A stretch of DNA of 58,371 nt, counting the filler, from Bipalium vagum (lineage: Eukaryota): NCBI GenBank assembly GCA_037834085.1. It is 3 parts of 3 records of this genome, joined end to end, with 100 filler letters (N's around TTAATTAATTAA, not from the genome) between each part and the next. Parts side by side here need not be neighbours in the genome. Positions count along the whole stretch, not along the records: positions 1 to 22,337 come from JBBMKC010222899.1; 2 more parts are not named here. The stretch is one strand, 5' to 3'. A model generated the notes under the pieces. The model was not told the origin of the DNA, did no database searches, and was given only the letters and a program-made list of their open reading frames with translations. Both the position numbers and the translations under genes were made by a program. Below are positions 1 through 12,900 of the stretch, piece by piece. Numbering within the stretch: position 1 is the first letter of the stretch; every line of letters begins with the position of its first letter.

Positions 1-53
<53 letters not shown>
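1..53. repeat. (AAT)n microsatellite
   Basis: Perfect AAT trinucleotide run at the window start. Confidence 0.97.
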
Positions 54-54
<1 letters not shown>

Positions 55-415
55 TAAGTATTAACTTTGTTATTTGATATTATTTTCATCAAAAATAGAA
101 ACCTTATTAAAATTATTATTCTTTTTAATAATCTTAAATTATGAAAGGACTCCCCCCATGAAGTTCGGTTACAGAAAAAATGTGTTCGGCTTTTCGCAGA
201 GAAACGATAAAACGTTGCACGGCGACCATGAGCCATTTGTGCATTTCGATAAAATATAAAATAAATAAAATGTGTAACTTCATAATGCAACTAGGCCGTC
301 ATTAATCTCGTGACTTTACTTTATCTTTGAAATACTTCCACAATTTGTTGATCCTGACAGCCATCATAGTCGCATTCGCAATATTACATAACGAATCACA
401 TGCATTGCCGTGACC

Positions 416-422
416 TATATAA
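416..422 (+). promoter_or_regulatory. Candidate TATA box of the cathepsin L gene
   Basis: TATATAA about 40 bp upstream of the ATG at 458, inside a locally GC-richer upstream region. Confidence 0.55.
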
Positions 423-457
423 GCTGAAGGCCAGTAGAAACCTTCATCCATCTTTGA

Positions 458-1582
458 ATGATTCTGTCACTGGTTGTCGTACTTGGTTTGTCTTGGACCG
501 TATCGGTGGGCGCGAACCCTCAGTTGAACCACGATGAGTGGACACCGACACATGAAGATATCGACGAAAACCTGTCAGGAGATACGGTCTCTCCGCTCTC
601 TTTCTTTGAGTCGGAATTCATAAAATTTCAAAAACTCCACAAAAAGACTTACCAAACATCGGAAGAAAAGGAGTCTCGATTTGCCAATTTCATTTTATCG
701 ATAATAAGAATCCAGAAACACAATGAGCTCTACAGAAGGGGTCAGAAACGTTACACAATGGAGCTTAATCATTTCAGTGACAAGGTAACATGTCTTGCTT
801 CTCACATCATAATTGATATAATGCACTAGAGCTCGAAGGAACTGTCTCTGATGAATGGCTTCAGAAGAGATTCTAATGAAACAGGATCATTGTACATCTC
901 GCCCGCCGTCAATGTGCCGTTGCCAGAATCGTTCGATTGGCGCGACTTCGGAGCAGTAACACAGGTGAAAAATCAGGACCATTGTGGCTCGTGCTATGCC
1001 TTTTCAAGTACGGGAGCTTTGGAGGGCCAGATTTGGAGGAGGACGGGCCAACTTATAAGTTTATCGGAACAGCAAATAGTCGACTGTGATAAGGTCGACA
1101 ACGGATGTGAGGGAGGCTTAATGTCCAATGTATTCCAATATGTTAAGGAAGTCGGAGGAATTGAAAGAGAAAGCGAATATCGGTATGTTTCCGGAAAAAC
1201 AAAAAAGCCAAATGACAAGTGTCTTTTCAAACGATCCAAAGTCGTTGCAACCGATACGGGATTCATTCAACTTCCTTCTGGAGATGAAGAAAAATTGAAA
1301 GAGGCACTGATCACGGTTGGACCGATTTCAATTGCACTCTCCGTCCCGAACTCCCTTCAATATTATAAATCGGGGATTTTTCATGACGACTACTGTTCCT
1401 TTCAAGATCTAAACCATGCAGTCCTTCTTGTAGGGTATGGAAAGGATAAGACCAGTGGAATTCCGTACTGGATCATTAAAAACAGCTGGGGTCCGCGTTG
1501 GGGAGAAGATGGCTATTTTCGCTTGCAAAGGAACATAAGATCCTGTAACATTGGACTTTATTCAGTTTATCCTTTAATGTGA
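458..1582 (+). CDS. CTSL: Cathepsin L-like papain-family (C1A) cysteine protease, 359 aa; exons 458-784 and 830-1582
   Basis: Signal peptide; I29 propeptide with ERFNIN-like (EKESRFANFILSIIRIQKHN) and GNFD-like (ELNHFSD) motifs. A 45-nt GT..AG phase-0 intron (785-829) joins FSDK|SSKELSLMNGF in frame. Mature domain has FDWR, Q-x-x-CGSC, NHAVLLVGYG and KNSWG. Confidence 0.96.
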
Positions 1583-1879
1583 TCCATCACATTTTCTTTG
1601 CTTGCCAAATACATTTTTATGAACATTTGAAACAGTTTCTGACAAAATCTTCGTTTTCATTAGAATCATTCTCCTTTTATTTTATAAATTTAAATTTAAT
1701 TCCAAAAGTAATTAAATATTTTTTAATTAAATGTAAAAAGTTAATTTTCAATTAATAACAATCTTTAGCTAAAATTAATAATAATAAATAAAATTATTAA
1801 AATTATAATTAACAATAATAATTATTATTCTTATTAATTATATTAATATGTATAATAAGAAATAATATTTATAATAAGA

Positions 1880-1910
<31 letters not shown>

Positions 1911-2084
1911 TAAATAAGAAATAATAATAATATTAATTGACAATAATATTCATTAATAATAATATTTATTTATTTATTTTATATTTTGAACCAATTATTT
2001 AAGTCGGAAATGTAAATCTAAAGATCGTTTTCAAATGTGAATTTCATTTCATTTTTTACCGTTAACCTTGTATCGTATAATAAA

Positions 2085-2156
2085 TCATTATCTTTCTATT
2101 AATTTAATATCAATAAAATATCATTATCTTTCTATCAATTTAATATCAATAAAATC
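2085..2156. repeat. 36-bp direct tandem duplication
   Basis: tcattatctttctattaatttaatatcaataaaata is followed by a copy with 2 mismatches. Confidence 0.85.
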
Positions 2157-3169
2157 TAATAGGCTTAACGAAAAACTAATGCTAACTCAATTTGATAAAA
2201 ATGAAAATTTTGAAATTAGTTTTTAAGCATAAAAAGTCAAACTGGCAAAACATATCTCGAATTAATTTATTATTGAAAATGAAAGAGAACAAAAAGAAAT
2301 AATGATGAATTCGGAGATTTCTTTTCAATTTATTAGGTTAGGTTATTAATTATCTTTGCTTGTGGTATGAACTGCCTACCAAGGAAATAGGAAGACGTTA
2401 TGAAAATCGAGAGCAAATATTCTCCAGAATAATTATACTTTTTATTTATTTATAATATATAATAAATAATTACTTAAATATATATTTGTTAAATATATTT
2501 GTTTTTCTAAATAAAAATCGATTAGACAAAAACAGACAATTATGCATCAACCGAATATTAAAAAACTCTTTCTAGAGAATATCAATAAAAGAATTGAGAA
2601 AAATTATAAACAAATAAAAATTCTCAATGATCATCCACAAATTTAACGATTAAAAGGTCATAATTATTAAGGTGAATCATCAGTTTTAAAGTTTTGACAT
2701 GTATGTATGTTTTTCAATCAATAAATCTTTCTTACTACCCGTTTTTATTTATTTACAGTATTTATATTATTTGCAGAAAAATTAATTTAATTATATTGTT
2801 TTCTTTGTTTACAGATACTCTAAATTATTTAGGCGTGATTGTAAAAAAGAATCATCTGGAAAACATAACATCTTTTTTCGAATTATTGACTCTTTCGATA
2901 TCTATTTAAAAATATGATTACATTTCACAAATATCATCTTAAATTTTGATATTAAATTTATCCTATGTTTTGTTTCCTACAGTGTTTATATTTATGGGTA
3001 TAAAAAATTCATTATTATAAGAAGCTCTACCTCATTTTTGAAAGGAAAGATTTTAATATAATATTTTTATTTATATTTTGAAAATTCCATTACAAATATG
3101 ATTTATTCCTTATAGGTATGCATAACTGTCAATATCCGATGTCTAGTTTTTCAAGATCACAGGAACTTC

Positions 3170-3480
3170 GGTCATATCCTCATCACTTTCTGATGTATCA
3201 GTTTCGTAAATCAATTCATCTTCAGTTCCATCCAGGGCATTACTGATGTCACACTTTTTGAAAGACAACTGACTTCTTTAATTTATCCCAAGACTTGACC
3301 ACCCAGTTGCACACAATAGTAATTGTTTTTTTCTTTGTGAGGATCAAAGTACTTCTCAGTAGCATGATCTCCATGCTTTTCACAATATTCAAGAACTTTG
3401 GGCCTAAACTCACCATATACATTTTTTATGAAAATAATTGACATAAAGAATATTGATATTATAATTTCACACACAATTTA
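3170..3480 (-). mobile_element. Internally deleted pogo-family (POGK-like) transposase relic
   Basis: Minus strand gives the Brinker-type HTH start KVLEYCEKHGDHATEKYF. It is followed almost directly by the pogo C-terminal motif SFKKCDISNALDGTEDELIYE, so the DDE core is missing. Confidence 0.75.
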
Positions 3481-4861
3481 AGCTGATGGCCATTTTCAAT
3501 TACAATTTTGTGTACTATATAAGAATAAGAACCCCCTTGAAGTTTTTAGAAAAAAATTTTACAAATGTAATAATTTTTACAATATAACTTATGATCGAAA
3601 TGGCAATATTTATTTAAAAGAAGAGCTCAATCTTCACTAGAAAAGGTGTAGACGATCTGAAGTTAAAATAGGGAATCTAACAACTAATTAGTGGTGGAAT
3701 TGATTATTGGTGGATTATTGATTATTTGATACATTGCGTTTGTTATTGTTATTTTGGTAATAAAGTGTTGTTCGTAGTTGTTTTGATTCATTTGCGTACA
3801 CGTATTGACAAAAGTGAAAGGGTCAGTAAACTTTGCGAGCTCAGTGTTATGACGGTGTTCATAGTAAAATAATAGCGTAACAATAATTATTCCATTTTAG
3901 TATGACAAGCATTTTATTTCAGTGAACTGAATATTTAACCTGAAGACAATTTATTTTGTGTGAAATAACTGACTCCATTATTTCGTGATTTAATGTGATA
4001 CTGTGTGATTAAAGTTTTGCGGAATAAATGTTTACCATTATTGCTTTGATTCATTAGTATCGAACAGGTAATTGTAATTATTTTGATTCACTTATGTAAG
4101 AACATATTAATAATTCTAAGTGAAGATTCAGTAAATTGTGACCTGAAGGTAACTTATATAAACTAAATTATGACCTTACTACTATAAGTTATATTATAAG
4201 TACCAATTCAATAAATTATCTTTAATTTTTTATGTATGATAAACATAAATGTGTGAGCAATAAAATTATTAGTTAAATTAAGATGCTTTTATAAATATCA
4301 GGAAATATTGAATAATGTGGGTTTAAGATAAATATTGTCACTACTTTTCGAATAGAGCAGCAAAAAATCTCACACAAAAAAATTAACTCAGTCAATCTTT
4401 CTCATAAATAATAACGAAAATAGAAATATGATTAAATTAATTAATTAAAAACTCTTAGTTATACAATAATTGAGATTATAAGTGAAATTTGATGTTTTTG
4501 ATCTGTGATACATTTTATGTGCTTGGTAATATTAAAATTGATCTGTACTCCCTATTAAAAATAATTTTAATAACATTTACATGATAAATTTTTAAATAAA
4601 TTAGTTCCCTTAATTTTAAATTTTTGGATTCAATATTACTGTCTAAAATATCTTTTTCTTTCAATCAATAATACAAAAAATTGATTACAGAAATTTTAAT
4701 GCTTTGAAATATTTGTTCCACTTTATTAATACTAACGTATTTAAAATTAATTAATTAATGATTTGGTTTCTGTTGTTTTGCTAGATCAGTTTATTTTAAT
4801 ACCAACAAGACATTGTATAACTTTATTAATATTTTAAAATTCAATTACGTATTACCTTGTC

Positions 4862-6304
4862 ATGAATTTGAGCATATTGATTTTTGCCATACTAAATTTC
4901 CTTTACTTGACAACCGCTATAAGGTTTCACATATCGCCAAATACGGGTAAAAAGTGCCTGAAAGAAGAAATTCATAAAAACGTTCTCGTAACCGGCGAAT
5001 ATGACATTTCAGATGCACCCGGGCAAAAAGCTTCAATCCAGGTAAAACGAAAGCAAAATAATCTGCATACCATTGACTGAGTGATTTATTTTGTCAGGTA
5101 ACTGATTCAAAATCTCATGTGCTGTATCAGAAGGATGACATATCCAAAGGAAAATTTGCTTTCACAACGGAAGAATACGAGATGTTTGACGTTTGCGTTG
5201 AAACGACACTTGTTGGAGGTCTACCATATGTGTCGATAGGATTGATCACTTATTTGCTTTCTCTTTTTCAGGTGGTAAAGGTCAGGACAGAGAGGTGTTT
5301 TTAGACGTGAAACACGGCGTGGAAACGAAGAACTACGACAGTGTAAGAAGCAGTTTTTTGTCGATATTAATTTTTTATTTGTTTATCAAGAAAAAACTTT
5401 CTGAAACTATTATTTTTCCGTTTTAATTTATAAACAATTAATTCCATTATGTACAGTTATTACGATAGACTAAAGGTTGTCAAATCTGGTTTATTTTCAA
5501 TAAAGTAATTAAATTCCATCGATCAAAATAATGAACTTAAAAATTATCTCGTTTCATTTTAAGAGGTGACGCCATTTTTACGCTTCCTACAGCCTTTTGC
5601 AAAAGTCAAAGTGTTTTTTCGGGCTTAAAAAATGTCCACTCCGATTTTTTCTGGAGCTGATATACAGTTTAGAAAGGTAGAACTTCAACAGTATAACAAA
5701 TCTTTTTTCTGTATTTGATTCAGACTTTCTGCGTAATGTTTTATGATTGAGTTCCATCAATATTCAATCGATATACTTTTAATTAATAAATTAAAACTGA
5801 TTGTTGTTTAATCAATGTCGTTCGATTTTGTTTATTTAAATAAATTCCATTGGTCTGAAGATTGATATTTTCTTTAAAAACTATCGTTCACAAATTTCTT
5901 TCATTTGAAAAAAGCGGTCATTTTTGAATAGTTTTTTTCTATCAAATTTTGTTATTTTTGATGAAAGATTCTATTATTCCCTTTTCTCATCATGCACAGT
6001 TGGCCCAAGCGGAAAAGCTGAAACCTCTGGAAGTGGAGCTAAAACGACTGGAAGACCTTAGCGACGAAATCGTCAAAGATTTCCAATATATGCGTGACCG
6101 AGAGGAAAAAATGCGCGATACTAACGGTACATTATAGATTGTGAATCTTAGGTCTTAAAGGTCCTGTAACGTTTTTGTTTAGAGTCCACCCACAATCGAG
6201 TGTTTTACTTTTCTATCTTCTCCATGATTTGCCTGATCAGTCTGGGATTGTGGCAGGTGCTCTACCTTAGACGGTATTTCAAATCAAAGAAACTGATCGA
6301 ATAA
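4862..6304 (+). CDS. TMED10: Transmembrane emp24 domain protein 10 (p24-delta/TMP21), 206 aa; exons 4862-5041, 5098-5218, 5272-5342, 6000-6126, 6183-6304
   Basis: Signal peptide; GOLD domain ([34 protein letters not shown]); HGVETKNY; [17 protein letters not shown] coiled coil; MRDTNESTHNRV; TM helix; C-terminal YFKSKKLIE dilysine tail. All four introns are GT-AG with consistent phases, total 621 nt. Confidence 0.97.
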
Positions 6305-9006
6305 TCAATTGGAAAAAGGACGACGCGCTTTACGCTTGGATTTCGGGGGAATGTGATTGGAATTTTTATATAATTGTCATATATATTTTTGTGTGCTATT
6401 GATATTTTTCAGTCATCGTTTGAATAGTTTTCCAATGATATCGATTTCTCGTTTTCCTTTTGAGTAAAAAATCAATACTGTAATTTTTCTAAGAGTTACT
6501 GTTCGATACTTGTGACGCTTTTCAAAATTCTTCTGTACAGAATTGTGTTCAAAAATTGAAAAATGACCTTATCTTTGATTAATACTATATTTTTATGTAA
6601 ATCGATCGTAATTTGTGTGCACTTTATTGATTAGTAAATTTTTCTATTAATTTTAAAAATTTGAAGTTGTTTAATATAAAGCTGACTGAAAGTTTGTTGT
6701 TATTCGTTAGTTAAACGGCTCTTAAAAGGAAGTCATTTTTAAGGCAGCTGTTAGTGCTGGTGAAATCTAAAGGCTTTATTGACATTACAAGTTAAATAAA
6801 TCTAACTGACGTGGATTGTTGATTGAATCATTGAAGACTATAAAAGTTTGGAAATTTTTACTATTATTGGCATGTGATAAGACAATTAATTCAGTGAAAT
6901 GTTTGTTTCTCAAAATATTTTTTAGTGCTTGTTAATTTTTTTTAAAAAAATAGAGTAAACAATTTATTTAAACCATTTGAACTGAGTGATAACCGAATTT
7001 CGTGATAGTATTGAAAAATTAAAACAAGTGATTTTAACTATAAAAGTAGTATTGCAATAAGTTCTTATAAATCATTATCATAATATTTTGAAAGAAACGA
7101 AGGTTAGCCTATTATATGTTTAAAATCATGAATTTGTAATTAGTTATAAAGAGATTTAATCCAACTTTCTCTCTAATTAAATGCGAAATTAAACTTTATC
7201 TTTGATCCCTTTCAAATAATAATTATGATTAAAATACGTATTTACCAATATATAAGTAGAATATTTAGAAATAGTTGTTAAATTAAGATACTGTATGTAA
7301 ATTTGTGCTCAGTTAGTCCAAAATTTATTGTAAAAAGCAAATTTAGATTTTGTTCAATGAAAAACTCTTGAGAATTGTTATGGTTGGTTCACACACCAAC
7401 AATACTAAATATAAAAAACCTTCTATTGAATCCATACAAGGATAATATCTATTATATAGAGGGACCTTCACGATTTTGATCGAAATCCAACATTGAGTTA
7501 TTGGTTCGATATCATCAACAGGCTCAATCTTGCTTTTACTGTTCAATGAATTCATAAAATTGATTAAATTTTATGTGAAATTTTCATGCTACAAGTTCAT
7601 TATGATTAATTGATTTTCTGTCGTTTGGTTAGCTAAGGACACATCCCTTTAACCATTTGAATTATTTTTTGTGGACCGTTAAATGATCTAGGATGATTAT
7701 TATAATAAATTAATTATAAAGACCACAAAAGAGTCAAAAATCGAACAATAAAATTGCTGGAAATAATAATTATTGTTATATAATTATTATTAAAGTACAT
7801 AAATTAATTATAATACAATAATAATTTTAAGATTAAATGATCTAATTTTGACAACGGCAAATGTCGAATTACCAAGTTCAGAACAGGGTCCACAATTAGA
7901 AGTCGATTTAGGTAAGTGCCTAAAAGGGAACTGACATTCCTCATTAAGAATACTGGTCAACTATTGAGTAATCGTTTGATCAATATAAAAGGTACTGGAG
8001 TCTTCAATGGACTGCCACAAAATGAGAATTAATTAATGTTTATTTTAATTTTATTTGTAATTATTGTCGGAAGAAAACATTTACCGAAAGTAATATTTTA
8101 CAGAAGAAACATTTATTGGAAAAAAATGTCGAAGATTCAATTTTTTGAATATTTTGAATATTTATTTTTATTCGACATGAGTCAAAATGGGTCCTGTGCT
8201 GTTAGGATGCTTGTAAGCGTACCGGATCAGACTCATCAAATGACCTTTCTTCTTAAGCGGTGAGATCTCTATTTTTAACTTTATTTTTCTTTTCTTTTTG
8301 AAATTAGTATTAACATCGATTATAATAATTATTATAATTGTTGATTAGATTTTTGAATTTAACGATTATATTATTTTAACCTAACTCTTACAATGATTTG
8401 ATTATTCGATTTGTTTAGTCCTTATTGCGTATCTGTATTATTAGAATAAAGGTTTTATTGTGCTCGTTTTATTTCAATTATTTTCAAATACGTTCTTAAC
8501 AAAAGTTTAGGGTCCGTAAATTCAGGAGGTTGGAATAACGAAAGGTTTCATAGTAATATAAAAACGCAACATTTTTAGTGACTAACAGAATATTAATTAG
8601 ATTCAGAAATGATTTATAATATTTAAAGGTAATTTTGATAATTTGGTTGAAACTCTAATTATTAGGAGCCTTTGTATTCAGATAAAAATAAATACTGTAA
8701 ATGTAATTTAGTGGTAAGAATTTTTTTTGGAAATTGTTTTCGAAAGTTGATTTTAATAAATTTTATTATAACTTTTGTAAAACTTCGTTTTAAGTTTTCT
8801 TACATAAAATAAATATAAATGACTGTCTAAAATCCTTTTTACTAATTGTACTAAGTTTTTAAGAGTTTTGCTATTTTAATAATTAATTATTGTTTTGTTT
8901 AAATATTTCTGCGAACAAATGTAATAAATTCAAATTACGAATTATCAATATTATTCCATTGCCTTAAACTTTCAATTCTTTATTAAAATTATTATTTTTG
9001 ATAATC

Positions 9007-9934
9007 ATGGCCAATTGGTTATCCTGTAATGGGCCAAACAAATTTCGAATCACAATTCCGCGCTTTATGTTAAACAATTATTTCTCAGTTTAGTGTCAAA
9101 ATTTTGTGCTTTTTTAAATTAATTTTTTGTTAAGAGAGTTTTTTTCATCTTTAACTCGTTTCAGGAGTACGATTCACTGATACAAATTAATATTACTATT
9201 GTTATTTATATTTTATAATTGATTTATTTTGATATTCATTAATTTTATTTTCATTGACTCTTATTGATTATAATGATTATACTGAAAATTGATTTTTTCA
9301 ATTTAGGGATTTAAAAATTTTATTACGCTTAAATTAAAAATTATTTATACGTAATTTATTTAAAAAATTATTATTATTTCAATAATTGATCTATAATTAT
9401 AATTATATTTATTTGATTATTTTTATATTAATGATATTATGAATCTATTTTTTATAATATTTTCTTTTGTATTATTTTAACCAATATTAATTTTTTTTAC
9501 CAGGGTCATTTATATTTCTATTCCATTTCAGGAGTACGAGCTATTGATTCAATTTCCAAATAACATTCATTGGAGAATTACTAAACGTTACAGTGATTTT
9601 CTAAAGCTAAACGACGATGTTTGTTTCTTTATTGAATTATTATTATTATTATTTATATTATATTATTATTATTTTTATTATTAATTATTGATTTTTACAG
9701 CTTGTCAATTTTGATTCAAAATTCAAAGTCTATTTCCCACCGAAGAAAATCATCAATAACACTTCGGAACATTTTCTCAATCAACGGAAAAAGTCTTTGG
9801 AAATGTACATCAACGAAGTCATTTCCAAAATAAACAATTACCTTCCCAGACCGTTGGCAGCGTTTTTAGAAATGGACAAATACGTAATAATAATAATTTA
9901 AAAAAATCATTTTTATTAATATTAATTAATATCA

Positions 9935-9994
<60 letters not shown>

Positions 9995-12900
9995 GTTATT
10001 ATTAATATTGATTTAATTTAATATTATTGTTAATCTACTATCTTCTAAAGTTAATTTTATAAATTTATTATTGATTTAACTGTATATTATTGATTATAAT
10101 TATTATGATCAGATATTGTGAATAATGGTTTAAAAGAGATATGAGCACTTATAAAAATTTGATTTCTCCATTTTGGGATTCACATTAATTGTAATATAAC
10201 TGTCTTTAATTTAATTTTTAAAATTTTTTTTCGAAAAATCGTTAAGCAATTTATTATTGTTTTTAATTATTAACCAATCTTTATTATATTATTTTTAAAT
10301 TATTATTATTGATTATTTCATAATTTTTTTATATTATTGATTTTCGTAAAATTATTCATTTATTTACTTTATTATTTTTCTTTTCTTTTGTGTTCTTATA
10401 ATTATTAGTAAATCTATAATTTTATTATGCTGATTATAATAAATTTTATAATACTACAAAATTTATTCATATTTTTCACTTATTTATGAGTATTAACAAT
10501 AAATATTGATTGATTATTTTTATATTATTATTATTGATTTGTATTATTTCATTTATTAAGTTTTATATTAAAACAATTTTGTTGCTGATTTTTTCTCTGC
10601 TTGATATTGATTAATTTAAATATTATTGATTTTCTCTAACTAAAATATCCAATTACAAAAATATTGATTGTTCCATAATTTCACCTCAATTTTTGTCCAA
10701 ACAAATTCTTCAATTGTCCATAGTCTGATTTATTTCATTATTTTGTTTCAGGAGATTCACGGTATTACGACAAATTTGTCCAAGGTTCTCTTTAAGCACG
10801 GTGAGAATTTTTTTTGACATATTTTCTTTCTATCATTTAATTAATTTACTTTTTGGATAAACATTTTTTTTTGATAGAATCTGAATAAATAAATTCGCTT
10901 CATTATTTATGTGTTTACACCGAAATCTCGTCTTTCGTAAATTCCCACGCGGTTTTATAGTGTTCATATTAAGTCTTCTCATAAAATTGCCCGTTTTCCT
11001 TTGTTGGCTTTACAGATCAATGGGTTTTTGCGATAAAGAAATTATTTATTTATTGATTTATAATTAATTGATTTTTTTTTACAAAATATTTATTTTCATT
11101 TTTTTTGGATTGTTTAAAAATTGTATAAGAAACGTAAAAAATCTTAAAATTAAACAATCAAAAATAAATTTGAAAACAAAAAATTTTAAAATTATTCAAA
11201 AATGGTATTTAAAGTTTAGGTTGTATGTTGATGGTGTTTGAACATTTTAATAATTGGGTTTATTTAGTTTATTTTTATCTGTTGATCAATGTAAATAGCA
11301 GAATTAATCCTTTGCCCACCGAACGCATTGCAAAAAATTTTGATGAGTATCAGCATTGAAGGGCCATTGGTTGTTTCTCTGACTTGCACCATGATCTTTT
11401 GTAATGAATATTATTGTAGAAAACTCTGTTTTTCATTGCCTGTTGCCACGTTTTTCAAAATAGGCTATCTTGTCTCGTTTCATAAGAAACTTTCAAATTT
11501 CAAAACACTCTAATGTGACTTACTCTATTTTTTTCTCATAACTCATATGTTTTAGATGGTTGCATGTGATACTCTGAGCTTTCCGCGTTGTTTTTAATCT
11601 TAATTGATTTATTCTTTGATTTCATCTTCCTTGACATCCATTGGATCGTTTCTTTTCTTTGGAATTTCTCAAATTAATATCGATATTGGCAGCCTTAATG
11701 CATCTTCTCAATATACTTCACATTTTTTTTGTAAGATTGTGATATATTTTATTCCGATCCAATTATAGAAAAGCCAAAATGTCTCAAATGTAGGTTCAGA
11801 TTTTCCATATTAAAGTTGATAAATAAAAAACTAATGAAAACAATATATGAAATTAATCTGCTGATTGAAAATTGAATTAATCGATTATCTTTTAAACAAT
11901 GATTTTTAAAAAAATACAGTTAAAGTGAAGTTAAATATCTTTATGTAAAATTGATAATTACTTTCTTTCAAACCAAATAGTAAAATGACTAATAATCATC
12001 TGTTTAAAAAATTATTTTATATGAGAAAAACTTAACATTTTTGTTCTCCTGTGTGAATCTCTAAAGCTAATATTATTATTTGTTGAAAATGAGGGTCCAG
12101 GAACGCTCAATGGGAGGTCAGTAATGTGGTGGTTATTGAAATTCAATTTCGGTAACACCAGTATCCAATGTGTTCCTGGTCCTAGATAAGGTTGGATTAC
12201 TATCCTTCCCATTCAACTCGTCAATTGTTGCTTAGAATAGGTCGTTCAAAAGCCATTATTCTGTCAATTTTTTGATGATGTAAATAAACAAAGAGATTCT
12301 AGAATGGATGAACATAAACTAATAGGAACACAAGCTATTATTTGATTTCAGATTTGCAACATGTTTGATGATTCTTAGACGACTGGTTCTTTAAAAAAAT
12401 GAAGTACAAATGAAGTTGGCAATTATAATTTATTGATTATAACCAACCACATAAAAAATGAAAATGGCTATCATTAAATGAATCGCCGTATTTGAGTCTA
12501 ATGCCAACAGATTTTAGAAAAAGTTCGTGCTTACCGTTCATTCTTTGAAATTCTGCCAAATGGTCAAAGTCTAAACTCAGATGTCTGCTGCACACAATTA
12601 AAATTTCACGAAGTTATCTCAGAAAATATCGCTGTAGTCAACTTGATAACGCATAACTTCACACCACATAAATCAATTACATTTCTACAAGATATTGTAG
12701 GAATTGACATATTGACCTTCTCTATACTGGTCTGATGTGCAATGCCAGACTTTCACTTGTTTTGGGACATGGTACATCTCTGGAGTAAGCTTTCAAGCAA
12801 ACAGAAAACATGAAAATAATCTACCAATCCTGTTGGCTCCAACCATCCGAATTTGAATGAAAATAGAACTTGCAAAATTTGTATTGATTTTTTTGTCTTA

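Noticed and set aside
994-1266. Antisense ORFs over cathepsin and nischarin exons (also 16050-16247, 16916-17287, 20291-21068, 21588-22002)
   Set aside because: Shadow frames of GC-richer coding exons with no independent motifs.
7343-7555. 70-aa minus-strand ORF
   Set aside because: No recognisable motif or clear splice signals; probably repeat debris.
8177-8263. Alternative first coding exon of nischarin (MSQNGSCAV..)
   Set aside because: Its donor would be phase 2, incompatible with the phase-0 PX exon. The 9007 exon supplies the expected PX first strand. It could still be a UTR exon.
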